The translations under genes and the position numbers were made by a program. A stretch of DNA of 64,000 bases from Octopus bimaculoides (taxonomy: Eukaryota), in NCBI RefSeq assembly GCF_001194135.2, contig NC_068987.1, positions 5,041,127 to 5,105,126 on the forward strand. The letters are read 5' to 3'. Below the pieces are notes generated by a model. The model was given only the letters and a program-made list of their open reading frames with translations, was not told the origin of the DNA and did no database searches. This document shows positions 13,501 to 55,000 of this stretch, piece by piece. Position 1 is the first letter of the stretch. Each line of letters starts with the position of its first letter.

Positions 13501-14208
13501 GACCCAAGCCTTGTGAATGGATTTGGCAGACAGAAACTGAAAGAAGCCCATTGTGTGTGTGTGTGTGTGTTTGTTCTCCACCACCACTTGACAACTAGTG
13601 TTGGTATGGTTACACCCCCGTAACTTAGTGGTTCAGTGAAACTGAACCCAGAACCTTGTGATTGGAAAGCAAACAACTCAACCTTGTGTGTCTGATGACA
13701 ATATTAAAATGTAAGAAAGGAACCCTAACTTAATAATCCAACTATCATACACTTTTTTTTTATCATCAGATACCAATAAAATTTTTTTGAAAAGCTGCAG
13801 GGAACAAATTAGTTTCTCACCTGTATGCATGTCGTGAAGAAATTCTCATCATCATCTGAGAACATGCTTTTGTTGCAATCAATTAGAAAGATCATTCCAT
13901 CTTTAGAATTGTAAATAATCTGAAAAGAGATTGATTTAATTACCTTGATGTTATTAATTACTCTATTACATGGCATAAAAGATGCACTCCAATTATAGTA
14001 GCAAGAACAAAATTAGCTTATAGAAAGCCAAACTGAAGGGCAGTATGGTTAAACTTCTAAATATACAAATGTAAAACTAAATCACTGACATTCACTGATT
14101 AAGAAGAAAAGAAAATTTTTTGATAAATTGGAATATATATCTTACTTTTTCTTCAGCAACATCTTCGTCTTCAAGGTCATCTTTGAATCCAAAATGGTAA
14201 GAGTCCAT
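199..14208 (-). CDS. XRCC6: Ku70 / X-ray repair cross-complementing protein 6; multi-exon, 3' end runs off the left edge
   Basis: Exons 14146-14208, 13821-13919, 11518-11592, 10993-11040, 9827-9881, 8838-8931, 8556-8634, 7321-7425, 6123-6202, 5108-5191, [gap], 3716-3830, 3327-3415, 2586-2714, [gap], 199-360. All GT-AG and phase-compatible apart from the two gap positions. Translation follows Ku70 motifs in order: IFLID..KSMF, RDLVGVVFFGT, RILLFTNKDEPH, FIYPEE, LFSALL..C, YVALLPQ, FDNP.L..H. Confidence 0.95.
545..665. repeat. 42-bp tandem repeat x3
   Basis: TGGCCGAGTTCCTTTCGAACTTTGGGCCTGACGGAGGCAAAG variants. Confidence 0.8.
2586..2714 (-). CDS. XRCC6: Ku70 coding exon
   Basis: SLSGNTCLFSALLDRCLQRGVAPICEYISSKTSAPEYVALLPQ; CAG/GTATT. 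Confidence 0.93.
3327..3415 (-). CDS. XRCC6: Ku70 coding exon
   Basis: GFKLLGFQQQKDVKTHYHIKPTHFIYPEEK; TAG/GTCTG. Confidence 0.92.
3716..3830 (-). CDS. XRCC6: Ku70 coding exon (beta-barrel region)
   Basis: DTGETLMPQDIKYAKKYGNRTATFEKEEVTKMRMFGEP; CAG/GTGAG. Confidence 0.93.
5108..5191 (-). CDS. XRCC6: Ku70 coding exon 10
   Basis: VRCKERQKRVLRRLPLRIGDGVEATVGL; CAG/GTGAG. Confidence 0.92.
6123..6202 (-). CDS. XRCC6: Ku70 coding exon 9
   Basis: NILFIIHGEEIEQLPDTTEKLEGLLER; TAG/GTGAG. Confidence 0.88.
7321..7425 (-). CDS. XRCC6: Ku70 coding exon 8
   Basis: HCKTRANDLNKTGISLELLPLQLPNQTFDVNKFYK; CAG/GTATC. Confidence 0.92.
7446..8025. mobile_element. Dispersed repeat, family D, flanked by (ATT)n
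   Basis: About 580 bp between ATT runs; 5' part recurs at about 29365-29535. Confidence 0.65.
8556..8634 (-). CDS. XRCC6: Ku70 coding exon 7
   Basis: CTEKLGYQRILLFTNKDEPHMDKTEIV; CAG/GTGAG. Confidence 0.93.
8838..8931 (-). CDS. XRCC6: Ku70 coding exon 6
   Basis: DNWKTFHEDYGHNSNYQMSDVFWLCSLLFSK; AAG/GTGAG. Confidence 0.9.
8978..9195. mobile_element. piggyBac-type MITE, family 2
   Basis: TTAA|CCCTTTA...AAAAGC|TTAA; related copies at 49785-49981 and 30212-30704. Confidence 0.78.
9827..9881 (-). CDS. XRCC6: Ku70 coding exon 5
   Basis: DLARPNAERIIEIENMLT; CAG/GTAAG. Confidence 0.9.
10993..11040 (-). CDS. XRCC6: Ku70 coding exon 4
   Basis: DKTKNTDNFEHIYIYQ; TAG/GTAAG. Confidence 0.9.
11518..11592 (-). 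CDS. XRCC6: Ku70 coding exon 3
   Basis: CVQSTLKNKIIQNNRDLVGVVFFGT; CAG/GTAAG. Confidence 0.93.
13821..13919 (-). CDS. XRCC6: Ku70 coding exon 2
   Basis: IIYNSKDGMIFLIDCNKSMFSDDDENFFTTCIQ (start of vWA domain); CAG/GTGAG. Confidence 0.93.
14146..14208 (-). CDS. XRCC6: Ku70 coding exon 1
   Basis: MDSYHFGFKDDLEDEDVAEEK, acidic N-terminus, donor GTAAG. Confidence 0.8.
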
Positions 14209-15098
14209 TTTCCTGAGTCCATAAATATAACAGTAAGCCAATATATATTTTATCCGAAATTGTTGATTTTATTTTTGACTTAACAACAGTAAAACAATAA
14301 CAACTAGTAAATACTTGGTTTAAATTTTGGCCCAAGGCCAACAGGTTGGGGGTGGTGGTGCTAAATTGATTGCATCGGCCCTAGTACTCAACTAGTACTT
14401 ATTTTATCGATCCCAAAAGGATGAAAGGTAAATTAACCCAGGCAGAATTCAAGCTCAGGACATAAAGACGGTTTGCCCCCTCCACCAAAACCGGTGGTCT
14501 TGTGCCAGTATCAGAAACCCATAACGTATAAATCTATAACTGTGCTATAGGTATTACAGTGTTTGTTGGTCGCATATAAATCAATAAAATACATTTGAAT
14601 ATAGCGCCAAACTATTTTAAGAGTTACTTTGACACGAAAAAGTCAAAGTCGTTCGAAACGTTAAGGCCTCAAGAAAATTGCCGAACTGTTATAATACTTC
14701 CATTCAAACTTCGTTGAATTTTATGATTGATTTTGTATAGGACTTTATGATACCTGTGGAGCATCTCCTCCCATTATAGGACCTTCCAAATATTCAATAA
14801 AAATTCAACTGCCTCATGTTGGGGAAAAATACCTCCGTAGTTAACTTTGTAAATCTCATATAATTTATCGAGTCGATGATAGTGGGGCAACTTTGGCTGT
14901 AATGCTTTCTAATTTAGGCACAGGTAACTTTGAGGGGAGGGTTAAGTGGATAACATCGCCCCAGTACTCGAAGGGTACTTTATTTTGTCAACCCCGATGA
15001 GATGAAAGGTAAAGTTGGTGCCGGCGGGATTTGAACTCAGAATGTAAAGAAGTGCTGCAAGAAATAATGTTTTGCATTCGGGTATAAGTAAACCAACC

Positions 15099-15486
15099 GG
15101 TGGAGATGGAGTATATGTAATCTGGGTATACCCCCCCCCCTTTTAAATTTTGTTTTTTTTTACGGAATCCTATGTTTAAGACCATGGAGAATCCGATTCT
15201 GAAAAAAAATTTTCAAAAATCTCAATTTCAAAATTTCGATTCCCCCCCACCCCGGTTTTTATATAGATCAACAGGGTAAACCTAACCCTAACACTAGTTT
15301 TGTGAGATTTGGCTGTTATTTCTAGCATGTAAATAGCCTGCTTGGTGGGGGGGGTGAATTGAAATTTTTCAAAAATTTTTTTTTCAGAATCGGAATCTCC
15401 ATAGCCTAAAACGTGGGATTCCGTAAAAAAAAATTAATAAATAAGGGGGGTGGAAAGGTTCAGATTATATATAGTCCATCTCTACC
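15099..15486. mobile_element. Foldback/MITE with about 150-bp TIRs and an 8-bp TSD-like flank
   Basis: Arms 15099-15251 and 15344-15486 are imperfect reverse complements; flanks AACCAACC (left) and AACCTACC (right). Confidence 0.75.
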
Positions 15487-16099
15487 AACCTACCTACAAG
15501 GAAGCAGTGAAAGATGTGAGATTCCAGTTATTAATCAATGCAGTGATTGATACCCTACGGGACCGTTTGGTAGCGAGAGAGGTGGAATGCAGTTTAATAA
15601 TACTAAAATACCAATGATGAAATAACAAAGACGATTAGCAGTATCAAATTGTTGCATCTACCACATTTATAGACAGTATATAACACACTTGTACCTGTTC
15701 TGCCGAACTTCGGACTTCATCATAACTTAGTAAAGGAGGCAGGAGATATTATAAACACTTGTCCAAAGAACCACTTAGTCTCAGAAAGTAAAGGGTAACT
15801 TTAACGTCTCTTCAAAGAGTGTCCCACTCCGTACTTTCTATCAATGTTATTAATATACAAAAATAAAATCATACTCTGTGGAATAACCCCCAATATATTT
15901 GCTAATTCTTCGTTATATTGATATAAACACATACAATGCCTACTATATTTTTGTATTCGTAATAATATCGATAATCGATTATTCAACAAAGTAAAACAAA
16001 TTAACCCCATATAAGTTTAAAAAACAACATATATATGCCTGTGTGTGTGTCTGCATGTGTATGTCTTTACAATTAAACAACATTGACTATGAATAAGTA

Positions 16100-17081
16100 A
16101 TTTTTACCGTAATTATCTGAACGACAGTACGCCTTCCAAGTTGTTTGATTGAATCAATATTTGTTATAAACGAGGAAACGGAAGTGTGACAAAAACGGCG
16201 CCAAATTAATCAACAGAAAACTTCATTTTCAAACTTAGTTGCCTGTCTTTTCAATCATATTTTATTTAATATTCGAGATTTTTCAATAGATATCTCTGAT
16301 ATTCAAATTTCGGATGTCTATTCTATCAATAGTACTTTACTTATGTATGAAGCGTCGTTATATTTTGCGAATAAGACAATTACTCCGTTTCTGTTATTAA
16401 TGAAAGGAATAATGTCATTAAGAAAAAGGTAATCTTCCAGTTTCGAGAGGTAAATGAAATAAATAAAAATATTCAAGGAAATAACTGAACGATTTACCAG
16501 TATTATCCGTACTACTTTTTCTCTAAAACAGCATGCGACGGAATTTTTTTTTTAATAAAAGTTTAAAATGTTTTTTTCTTTTTACAAACAGCATGCGACG
16601 GAATTTTTTTTTTAAATAAAAGTTTAGGGTTTAGGGTTAGATGTTGTGCAGCCGGTCTTCCACGAAGCATTTTCGATTTCTCATAAGAAACTATGATATT
16701 TATTCACGTGTGTGATTTATATATAAACAGTTAACGTCAATCAAATCACGTGATTTATTTATAAACAAAGTAGTACGGATAATACTGGTAAGACGTTCAG
16801 TTATTTCCCTTGTATTTTATTTACTTTTTTAACCTCTCGAAACTGGAAGATTACCATAGATATATATATAGATATAAATTTCATTTGTAACCGCTGACCA
16901 AGAATGAAAGCTAGTGACGAGACCGGAAATTTTCTCAAGACGGTACAGAACGAAATGGGAGACCGCATAGAAAGAGCGCATGCGTACCTCCATCCAAGCC
17001 GCCATCTAAGATTTTGTTTTGTAAAAAGCCTCAGAACCGTCGTCTTTGTCGGAGATAAAAAGTTACGCTGGAACCACAATC
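16100..17081. promoter_or_regulatory. Putative bidirectional Ku70/DDB1 promoter region
   Basis: Lies between divergent ATGs and looks CpG-richer than gene bodies (by eye). Motifs: ETS-like CGGAAGTG 16179-16186; E2F-like GCGCCAAA 16198-16205; E-box palindrome AAATCACGTGATTT 16743-16756; NRF1-like GCGCATGCGT 16976-16985; YY1-like GCCGCCATCT 16998-17007. Confidence 0.6.
16428..16855. mobile_element. Foldback element with about 90-bp inverted arms; no clear TSD
   Basis: GGTAATCTTCCAGTTTCGAGAGGT...TTACCAGTATTATCCGTACTACTTT (16428-16518) is inverted at 16767-16855; spacer holds a 60-bp-period direct repeat. Confidence 0.7.
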
Positions 17082-46896
<29,815 letters not shown>

Positions 46897-47400
46897 GTGT
46901 TTGGCCTTAAGGAAAAGGAGCATTTCTCTCTTTCTCTTTCTTCCAATACCCCTTTCCTCATCCAAAACCCACATCATCCTCATCATCATCACCACCATCA
47001 TCATTCACCACTATTACTGTAACTGACTCCACCCCAATCAGATCCCCCCTCCCCTCGCCCTTGCTTAATTTTTGTTTGTTTCTTTCTTTGGATTGAAGTA
47101 GTCTTCTTTTTCATCTTGTTTCTTTCTTTCACCTTAAACCCTTCCTTTTCGTCCTTCATTTGCTCTCCTGTTAAATATTGATAGGTAGGGATATGAAGTA
47201 GGAGGTCTAAATCACCAATAGGTCTTTGTGTTCCTTCTCTCACTCCCTCCTCCGTCTCTTCTTCTCTGCTCAGCTCCCTTACCATTCTTTATACTTCATT
47301 GAAACAATCTGTGTTCAAACACACTCACACACAAGTTTTATTTACAAGCCTACATCCATATGCATGTGTGTGTGTATAAATATATATATATATATACCTC

Positions 47401-47593
47401 ATTAATAAAACTGCAAAGACGTCACAAAAACTGTTACTCAGAGTTTCACGTTCCTGTTCGCCGGACAGTTTTGGTTGAGAATGGAACAAAATATTGTTAT
47501 ATGCATAAATAAATAAATATATATATATATATATATTTATGAACGTGAAACTCTGAGTAACAGCTTTTGTGATGTCTTTGCAGCTTTATTAAT
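47401..47593. repeat. Inverted repeat with 53-bp arms; probably Penelope-like element derived
   Basis: 47401-47453 versus 47541-47593, about 3 mismatches; the right-hand flank recurs at about 54835-54945. Confidence 0.8.
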
Positions 47594-47678
47594 AAAGCAT
47601 ATTACTCTACCCCCGGTAGTCGAGTACTACTTTTTTCCCACCTTGTATCGCATTTATGTGCTTGCTCTGGTTTATATA

Positions 47679-47731
<53 letters not shown>

Positions 47732-49489
47732 AAAATAACTCTTATAGGACTAGTAAGACAACTAGTTTGATAAGGGCCATTTATTTAATAAATATATCAG
47801 TCATTATCTTTGGCCACATCACCTTGCCATAGATGCACGTGTGTGTACATGCACAGGCATCCATACATTTGGTAATAGTTATGTAATGTTAATGCTTAGC
47901 TATGAGTGTGTGTTTGCACATTTAACAACAGTCTACCTTAACTGTTAGATTACTTCCCTTGTTTCAAGTAGCCAGTAAATTGTAAAAGAAGAAAAAATAA
48001 ACAAGGATGAATCTAAAATACTACACACCAGTTAGATAATGCATCCAGCTTCACTTTGTGTAGTCTATCAGCATTTAATACTTTCTCTTGCCAAATAAAC
48101 TAGTTTTGTCCTCCTACTTCATCCTATGACACTCTCTCTCTTGCTCTGTCGATTAAACATATTGCGAATCAGTTTGTCTTAGTCATTCAAAGCCAACATT
48201 TGTTTCAGGTGTTTATCACCACTTTGCTCCTTCAGTCTTTTCTTACCTAATCCCCACTCCCCTTAATCACACACACACACACACATGCACACACACATAT
48301 GCACAGACACAGACAAACACAAACTTTGACTTCCTTTCTGCTAAATGAGAAACTAAGTTGCTATTGTCAATTTGTATTTGGAAACAGCAGAGGTTATTCA
48401 AGCCCACCTCCTTCCATGTTATAAATGATCTTCGTTTGAGTAGGATTCTGTTGTTTTAAAGTATATCTTTAATTTTAATTTTTTTTAAAAAAAGAAATTT
48501 TTTTCCAGTGCCCCCTCCCCCTGCCTCCCTTTAAATATTAAATAGTACTTCTCACTTCTGCTACTCCACCTACCATCCAGAAGTGTATCTTGTTGTCATG
48601 CTACAATTTGAACTGTAAGAAACAAACAACTAATGATAAAGGAAATATTTGAAAATAACAACAACAATAATAAATTAACTTTGTTTTCATTTTATTGCTT
48701 TCAATTTATTTGTTGTTGTTTTTGTGATTATTTAAAAAAAAAAAGTGTGATTTTTAGTTTTTCTCTTTTCTCCACAGCAACAAGATTGGATAAAATAGTT
48801 TGTGGCATTTGGCTACATCTCTACGTTTTGAGTTCAAATCCTGAATCTTGTTTCTAATGTATCATCATCATGTAAAATGTAAAGTTAACTGAGACCTTAC
48901 ATGTCTCAGTTATCTTTGCTGTCCATTGTTTTTCATAGGGCTTTGTCAAACAAAACCATAATTGTTTAGTGTGCATTGTGATCTTTATTTCCTGGTCTGT
49001 GAATGTAGCAGAGTTGAGTGGGCTTAGGTGTTAAGAGCATGTTATTCAAATCTTGTCATTTATGACAAATTTTGTCTGATACTCGTATTTTGGCCTTTTA
49101 GTTTATGGGATTTAAAATATGGTTTATTTATATGCAATTGTTATGCTTTTACAGAGAAACCATTTATTTGTATGTATTAATGTCTAAAACATGCAGCTTA
49201 TGTATAGCTGAAAAAAGGCTAATCCTGAATAACATCAATTCTGGTAATTATCTAAATGCAAGATTGTGATTCTTTTTTAGGACCTTAGGCACTTTTGCTC
49301 TTAACTTAAGGATTATCTCAGAACCTTTTCAAACTTTTAAAATCATACTTCTTTTTCTGTTGGGTAGTAAACTACCCAACTCAGCCACAAAGAGGTTATA
49401 AAAATGTGACCATTGTAAGCATCTATTTCTATCTAGCTATCTGTTTGTTGTTGTACCCAGGTCATACTGGAAAGAGAGGGTAGCAGACA

Positions 49490-49645
49490 CAAGGATCAAG
49501 TTCACAAAGCTCTTATATTATGGGCAGACAATGTGCAATGGGTCACTGATCAAGATCATTTTGACAGGAAATGTGAAGGGGAAGAGAAGAAGCAGCCATC
49601 AAAATGTTTGTAGACGGACAATGTCAAAGAATGGACTGGAAACAA
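49490..49645 (+). mobile_element. Degenerate RTE-like LINE C-terminal fragment
   Basis: IKFTKLLYYGQTM...KIILTGNVKGKRR...TDNVKEWTG (frameshifted). Confidence 0.6.
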
Positions 49646-49784
49646 GAACCTGGCTGATGATGAGTTTTTTTGGTGTTGACTTGACATCGTTAACTCTTAG
49701 GGATAAGTGTAATTAAAACAATCCAGTATGTTACTTGGCACTTATTTTGCTGAGAGCCTACAGAGATGAAAGGGCCCGGTTTAT

Positions 49785-49981
49785 CCCCTTAGCATGCAGA
49801 TTACTCTGAATAATGTAATGCTTATTTATTCATTGATTTGAATTAATCTCGCATTATCTTGTAGCTTTGAGATTTTGAGCAGGTCTTTGTTTAGAATGAC
49901 ATTGTACGGTTAGTATGAGAAGCCAGATCTGGCCAGTTTGAGTGTGAAATAGAATATTTTGGCTGGTTTAATGCAAAAGGG
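49785..49981. mobile_element. piggyBac-type MITE, family 2, degenerate
   Basis: TTAT|CCCCTTAGCATGCAGATTACTCTG...AATGCAAAAGGG|CTAA. Confidence 0.7.
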
Positions 49982-50755
49982 CTAAACTTGGGCCATAGAG
50001 AAATTTTGTTAATATTGGTTTCGAATTTTGGGGAAGGGGCTAAGTCGATTACATCGACCCCCAATGTTCAACTAGTATTTCTTTTATTGACCCCAAAAGG
50101 ATGAAAGGCAAAGTCAGAATGCAGACAGAGGATGAAATGCTGCTAAGCATTTTGCCCAATTTGCCAACAATTCTACCTGCTCACTGCCTTAAATTCTTTA
50201 ATATTCAAAGACATTTAGTAAAACTTCTTATACCAAAAAATGAAAAAGAAAAACTTACAAATAATTTACAAATAATTTTTCTTTATATTTTTATTTATTT
50301 TAAATTGAAAGTTTATCTTTCAGGAGACATAAACACAAGGACATAGACAATATTTATTACAGTGATGAATTTTGACATTTTTAAAAGACCATTGGAGGAA
50401 TTGGTGAGAACAAGACAATCATGGGAAAGCATTTCAGAACCATGATATAAGAAATATTTAAATATTTTCTTCTTGTCCTTATGTTTTTTTTTTGTTTTTT
50501 TTTCACTTATAATTGCTAAAACCCGACCAGGTTTTAAGACTATCACATTCCAAATATAATTGAAATTGTTCATGACCAGCTGAAAGGGACGTTAAGTCAG
50601 CACTGATAACCAATATGGTACCAGGGAAAAGAAAAATGCTGCTAAAATTTCATTTGCTTAACAGAAAATGCTTCTGCATGCATTATGTATGTGTGTGTGT
50701 ATGTATATTTACATATGTGTGTCAGTGTTGGAGAGTGTGAATATATATATATATA

Positions 50756-50916
50756 AATTAAAAGCGTAAAAATAAAAACAGAACACACAGGATTCTGCGT
50801 TACACGTGTTTCAAGCTTTATAGTTGTTGCATCATTATATTGGTATATAATTGATAGAGAGGATGGTATAAAGCTATCTTCCTTTGTGTTCTGTTTTTAT
50901 TTTTACGTTTTTAATT
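50756..50916. repeat. Inverted repeat with 32-bp arms
   Basis: AATTAAAAGCGTAAAAATAAAAACAGAACACA versus TGTGTTCTGTTTTTATTTTTACGTTTTTAATT, 1 mismatch. Confidence 0.75.
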
Positions 50917-51774
50917 TATTCTTTCACCCCGGCCACTATCTGGCATATACAGGTGCTTGCAATTATCAAGTATTACCTCTAAAATTTATATATATATATA
51001 TGTGTGTGTGTTTATTAATTAACAGAAGTTAGAGTGACTCGAGAGTTGCAAGTTTTGTGCATTGGATATCCAGCAGGACTAAAAGAAGACCTGTCGATGA
51101 GTTTTTGTGGGCCGATGCCTATCCAGTTGAGGAAGGCAATGGTAAACCACCCCAATATCTCTGCCAAGAAAAAAACACTTTCAGAAAGTCAGAACAAAGT
51201 AAAGCTATGGCTTTATCCAATGGGAAAACTTGCACTGCAAAAGCATATGGTGACGACAACGATATATATCATCATCATTGCCGTTTAACGTCTGCTTCCC
51301 ATGCTGGCATGGGTTGGACGGTTTGACTGAGGGCTGGCAAGCCAGAAGTCTGCACCAAGCTCCAGTCCAATTTGGCAATGTTTCTACAGATGGATGCCCT
51401 TCTTAACACCAACCACTCAGAGTGTAGTGGGTGCTTTTTATGTGCCATACACACATACATAATCTTATAAGTTGTATATTCTAGGATTGTTTAAAAATTT
51501 GGGGTTGGGTGGATGCAGATGTAACAAGTGGGAACCCATTTTGGAGTTAATTTTCGTAAAGCCATTATTATATCTGTGTCTACAATTTCTTTTATATCTA
51601 ATAATTTTATTGATTCATATCCCTATTAAACAATAACACTGACTTCTCTACCTTCTCATTCTAATCCCATTTTAATTATATAAATTTATTAAATTTACAT
51701 ACAATAAATTTAGACATATAAATATATTTGATTTTGAAAAAAAAAAAAAATTTCATGGCAAGTTATAATGAACC

Positions 51775-52078
51775 CTGGCACTCCTTCGGTTACGACGTCA
51801 AAGGTTCCAGTTGATCCGATCAACGGAACAGCTTGTTTGTGAAATTAATATGCTGAGGACTCTACAGACACATGTGCCCTTAATATAGTTCTCAAGGAGA
51901 TTCAGTGAATCACAGAATGTGACAAGGCTGGCCCTTGAAATTACAGGTACTACTCATTTTTGCCAGGTGAGTGGACCAGAGCATCGAGAAATAAAGTGTC
52001 TTGCTCAAGAACACAATGTGCCACCGGGAGTCAAACCTATGAACGCAAGTCACATACCCTAACCACTAAGCCATCCAC
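51775..52078 (-). mobile_element. tRNA-derived SINE, family F
   Basis: Tail recurs at about 445-545; related tRNA-like heads (GTGGAGGC...AGTGGTTAG) at about 820-930 and 12640-12745. Confidence 0.6.
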
Positions 52079-55000
52079 ATTTCTGTGGGGGGTGGGGGGA
52101 TGAAGAATTTTAATTGTTTCTATCTACCAAAAGATGAAGTCCTTGTGATGTGGAGGCTTGTATGCCTCAATGGCAGAGATCTATGCCAGTGGAGTGCAAC
52201 CCCCTGGTAAGGTTTCCCCATGTGGGTCAGGTCAGAGGATAGAGGCTAGACTAATATGGACCCTCTCTTCATAGAAGTAAACAAAAAATGGGTTTGTATG
52301 TGGTCAACACTGGTCAACCCAGAAACAAAAAGCTGAAAAACAAAACCCCCAAAAATGCAATGTTACAGAAGCATCGATGACAACTCAAAAAGAAGACCAA
52401 GAACAGAGTCAAGTATAGTGGGGAAAAGCTATCGATGGCTTATGCTTCATAGAGTAAGAGGATTAAATAAAATTCCAGTGTGGTGTCCAATCACAAATGC
52501 ACCCAGATCCATGTGGTTTGGAAGCAAACTTCTTACCACATAGCCTTGCCTTATGGATTTTATTTCATAAGAGAAATCCCCTTTGAGATTTATCAAGATT
52601 CAGGTTGAGAGTGGAAAATGAAGAGTTGCAGGTTAAAAATGAAAATAGACATTTGGAACCGGTTGATTTACCTTGTAAATTTGTTTAGAACATGAACACC
52701 CAAAACACAAAACCGTTATTTGTTAACTGAATTCTAAAAACTGCTTTCTAGCAGAAGATGCTGGTTTTGAATCCCATCATTTTGACAAATGCTGTAAGTT
52801 ACTGAATACTGTACTTGATACTAAAAATCTATTTCCGGAAAATAGCAGTTAAAATTAGTGTCTGAATAATCATAATTACAGATTTCCTAATTAAGTACAA
52901 AGCCACAAATTTGTAATGGAGAAGAATGAGATTATGCAGCATTCATGCTGCTTCCAGAGGTGTTAGTGTTGACATAAAAGGGATTTGGATTTTAACAGGA
53001 ATGAAATTCAGACCCTAAACTCAGATGACAGGAAGCTAGCTCCTAGTTTCATTCGACTTAAGATTATTTATCAACAAGTATATTATCCTCTCTGTTATAG
53101 GCACAGGGCTTGAAATTTTGGAGAGAAGGGCTAATCAATTACATTGACCCCAGAACTCAACTGGTATTTATTTTATTGACCACCCCCTCACCAAAACAAT
53201 GAAAGACAAAGTTGGTCTCTACAGAATTTGAACTTGGATTGTAATGATGGGTGAAATGCCACTAAAGCACTTTGCCTGGTCTACCGATGGTTCTGCCAGC
53301 TTGCAACCTTACCAACAAGTAAACATTAACGATCAAATCACTGTTAAGCACTGATTATTAAATCACTGATCTTTCAATCAGCTAGCAGCTGATATTTGCT
53401 CCAGATGAGATGACATCCAGAAGCTAAAAAGCAATCTGGAGCCAGCAAGTTCACCACCAGTGCTGCAGTAAACCTTTTCATGCTGCTGAGATTTGTGTTT
53501 TTAATCTCGTATGTCGACAAGAGATACTTTTTCAAGACAATTCCCACAATTTAATAAAGCTTTCAACATGTCTACACACTATTACAAGTATCTTTTCTGA
53601 CAAAGCTAAGATCACTTCCAGTAAGAAGGAGGAGTGAAGATAATAGACTTTACTGGCATATGTCAGTATCAGCCAGGCTCATCCAATGCTGTTATACACT
53701 GCTGATCACAATGCACTTCCGATTCTGTCTTCATTGTGTATATATGCCTAGTCCATATTTTTATTTATTTTGGGAGAACTTACCAACCATATGGTTCTGT
53801 GTTCAGTCTCACTGCATGGGACCTTGGGCAAGTGTCTGCTACTTCAGCTCGAAACAATAACTGTGTATCGCGATTTCCAGTTTATTTGAGCTGAGCGATG
53901 CACAGATATTGTTTTGAGCTGAGTGGGGGTGCTAGATTCCCTTATTCGAAAATATAAGGACACAGATTGTGTCGTATAACCAGCTGGAGACGATGTCTTT
54001 CGGGGCTAAATTACAGCAACATTTGTCCTAAACCAGGAATGCCATGTTATGTTGGCGAACAATCTTTACGTTTGTTTAACGCTTTTGCAATTTGAATGAA
54101 TTTTATCCCTTTTTCATACATATGACAATGGAATGTCAGGCAAAAAAGAAGACAAAAAAATCCCCAACTTATCTGATAAGCCAATATACAGTGTTTCTAT
54201 GATGACAATAGATCTGATGATGAGCAATGTCTCTGAAACTAGTCTCTGGATGCTGATTTTCTGGGTGGAGGTACTTGTCTCTACTTTGAAAACATAAGGA
54301 CACAGGAAATGTGTCAAGTCCAACAGGAAACGGTGTTTCCTAGGGCTAAATAACAGTAGCATTCTTCCCTTTCATGGGACTGTCACATTAAGTTGACAAC
54401 ATGCTATCACTTTATCGTGCTGCTACTGCATAAATCTCTCAGAGATTTAGAAATATATTATTATGACAATCGATCTTTTGACAGTTTTGACAATGAGTAT
54501 TCCAGTTGTTTGACCAATAAGACTGCCACCTCAACATATTACAGCATGAGTGTTAAGAGTATTTTATAGACATTTTTACTTTTAATGAAATCCTCCAGCA
54601 GAATCAGCTTGACGAGGTTTGCTCTCCTGAATTAATGGCAAGTACAGTCTATCTACTCAATGCCAACACAGTTTCTATCTTCTCAATTTCACCTACAAGA
54701 CTTGGGGGTGGGGTGGGGTTAGGTGAATGATCTGAAGCTAAAGCAGAAGACGTTCACCCAAGGTGAATATGCTGTATTAAAATGTTTAGCTCACAGCGTT
54801 TCACCCAAGGCTGATTTAATAACAAAACCTGATACAAGCTTTTATGATGTCTTTGCGGGTTTATTAATAAAGCATATTACTCTACCTCCAGTATTTGAGT
54901 ACTATTTTTTCCACCTTGTTTCACATTTATGTGCTTACTCTGGGGTATATATGGATAGGAAAAGCTTTTTTTTTCTGTCGAGGGCTTATATGCCCCTTTA

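Noticed and set aside
16621-16639. Telomere-like GTTTAGGGTTTAGGGTTAG as an interstitial telomere
   Set aside because: Under 20 bp, imperfect, and embedded in a foldback element
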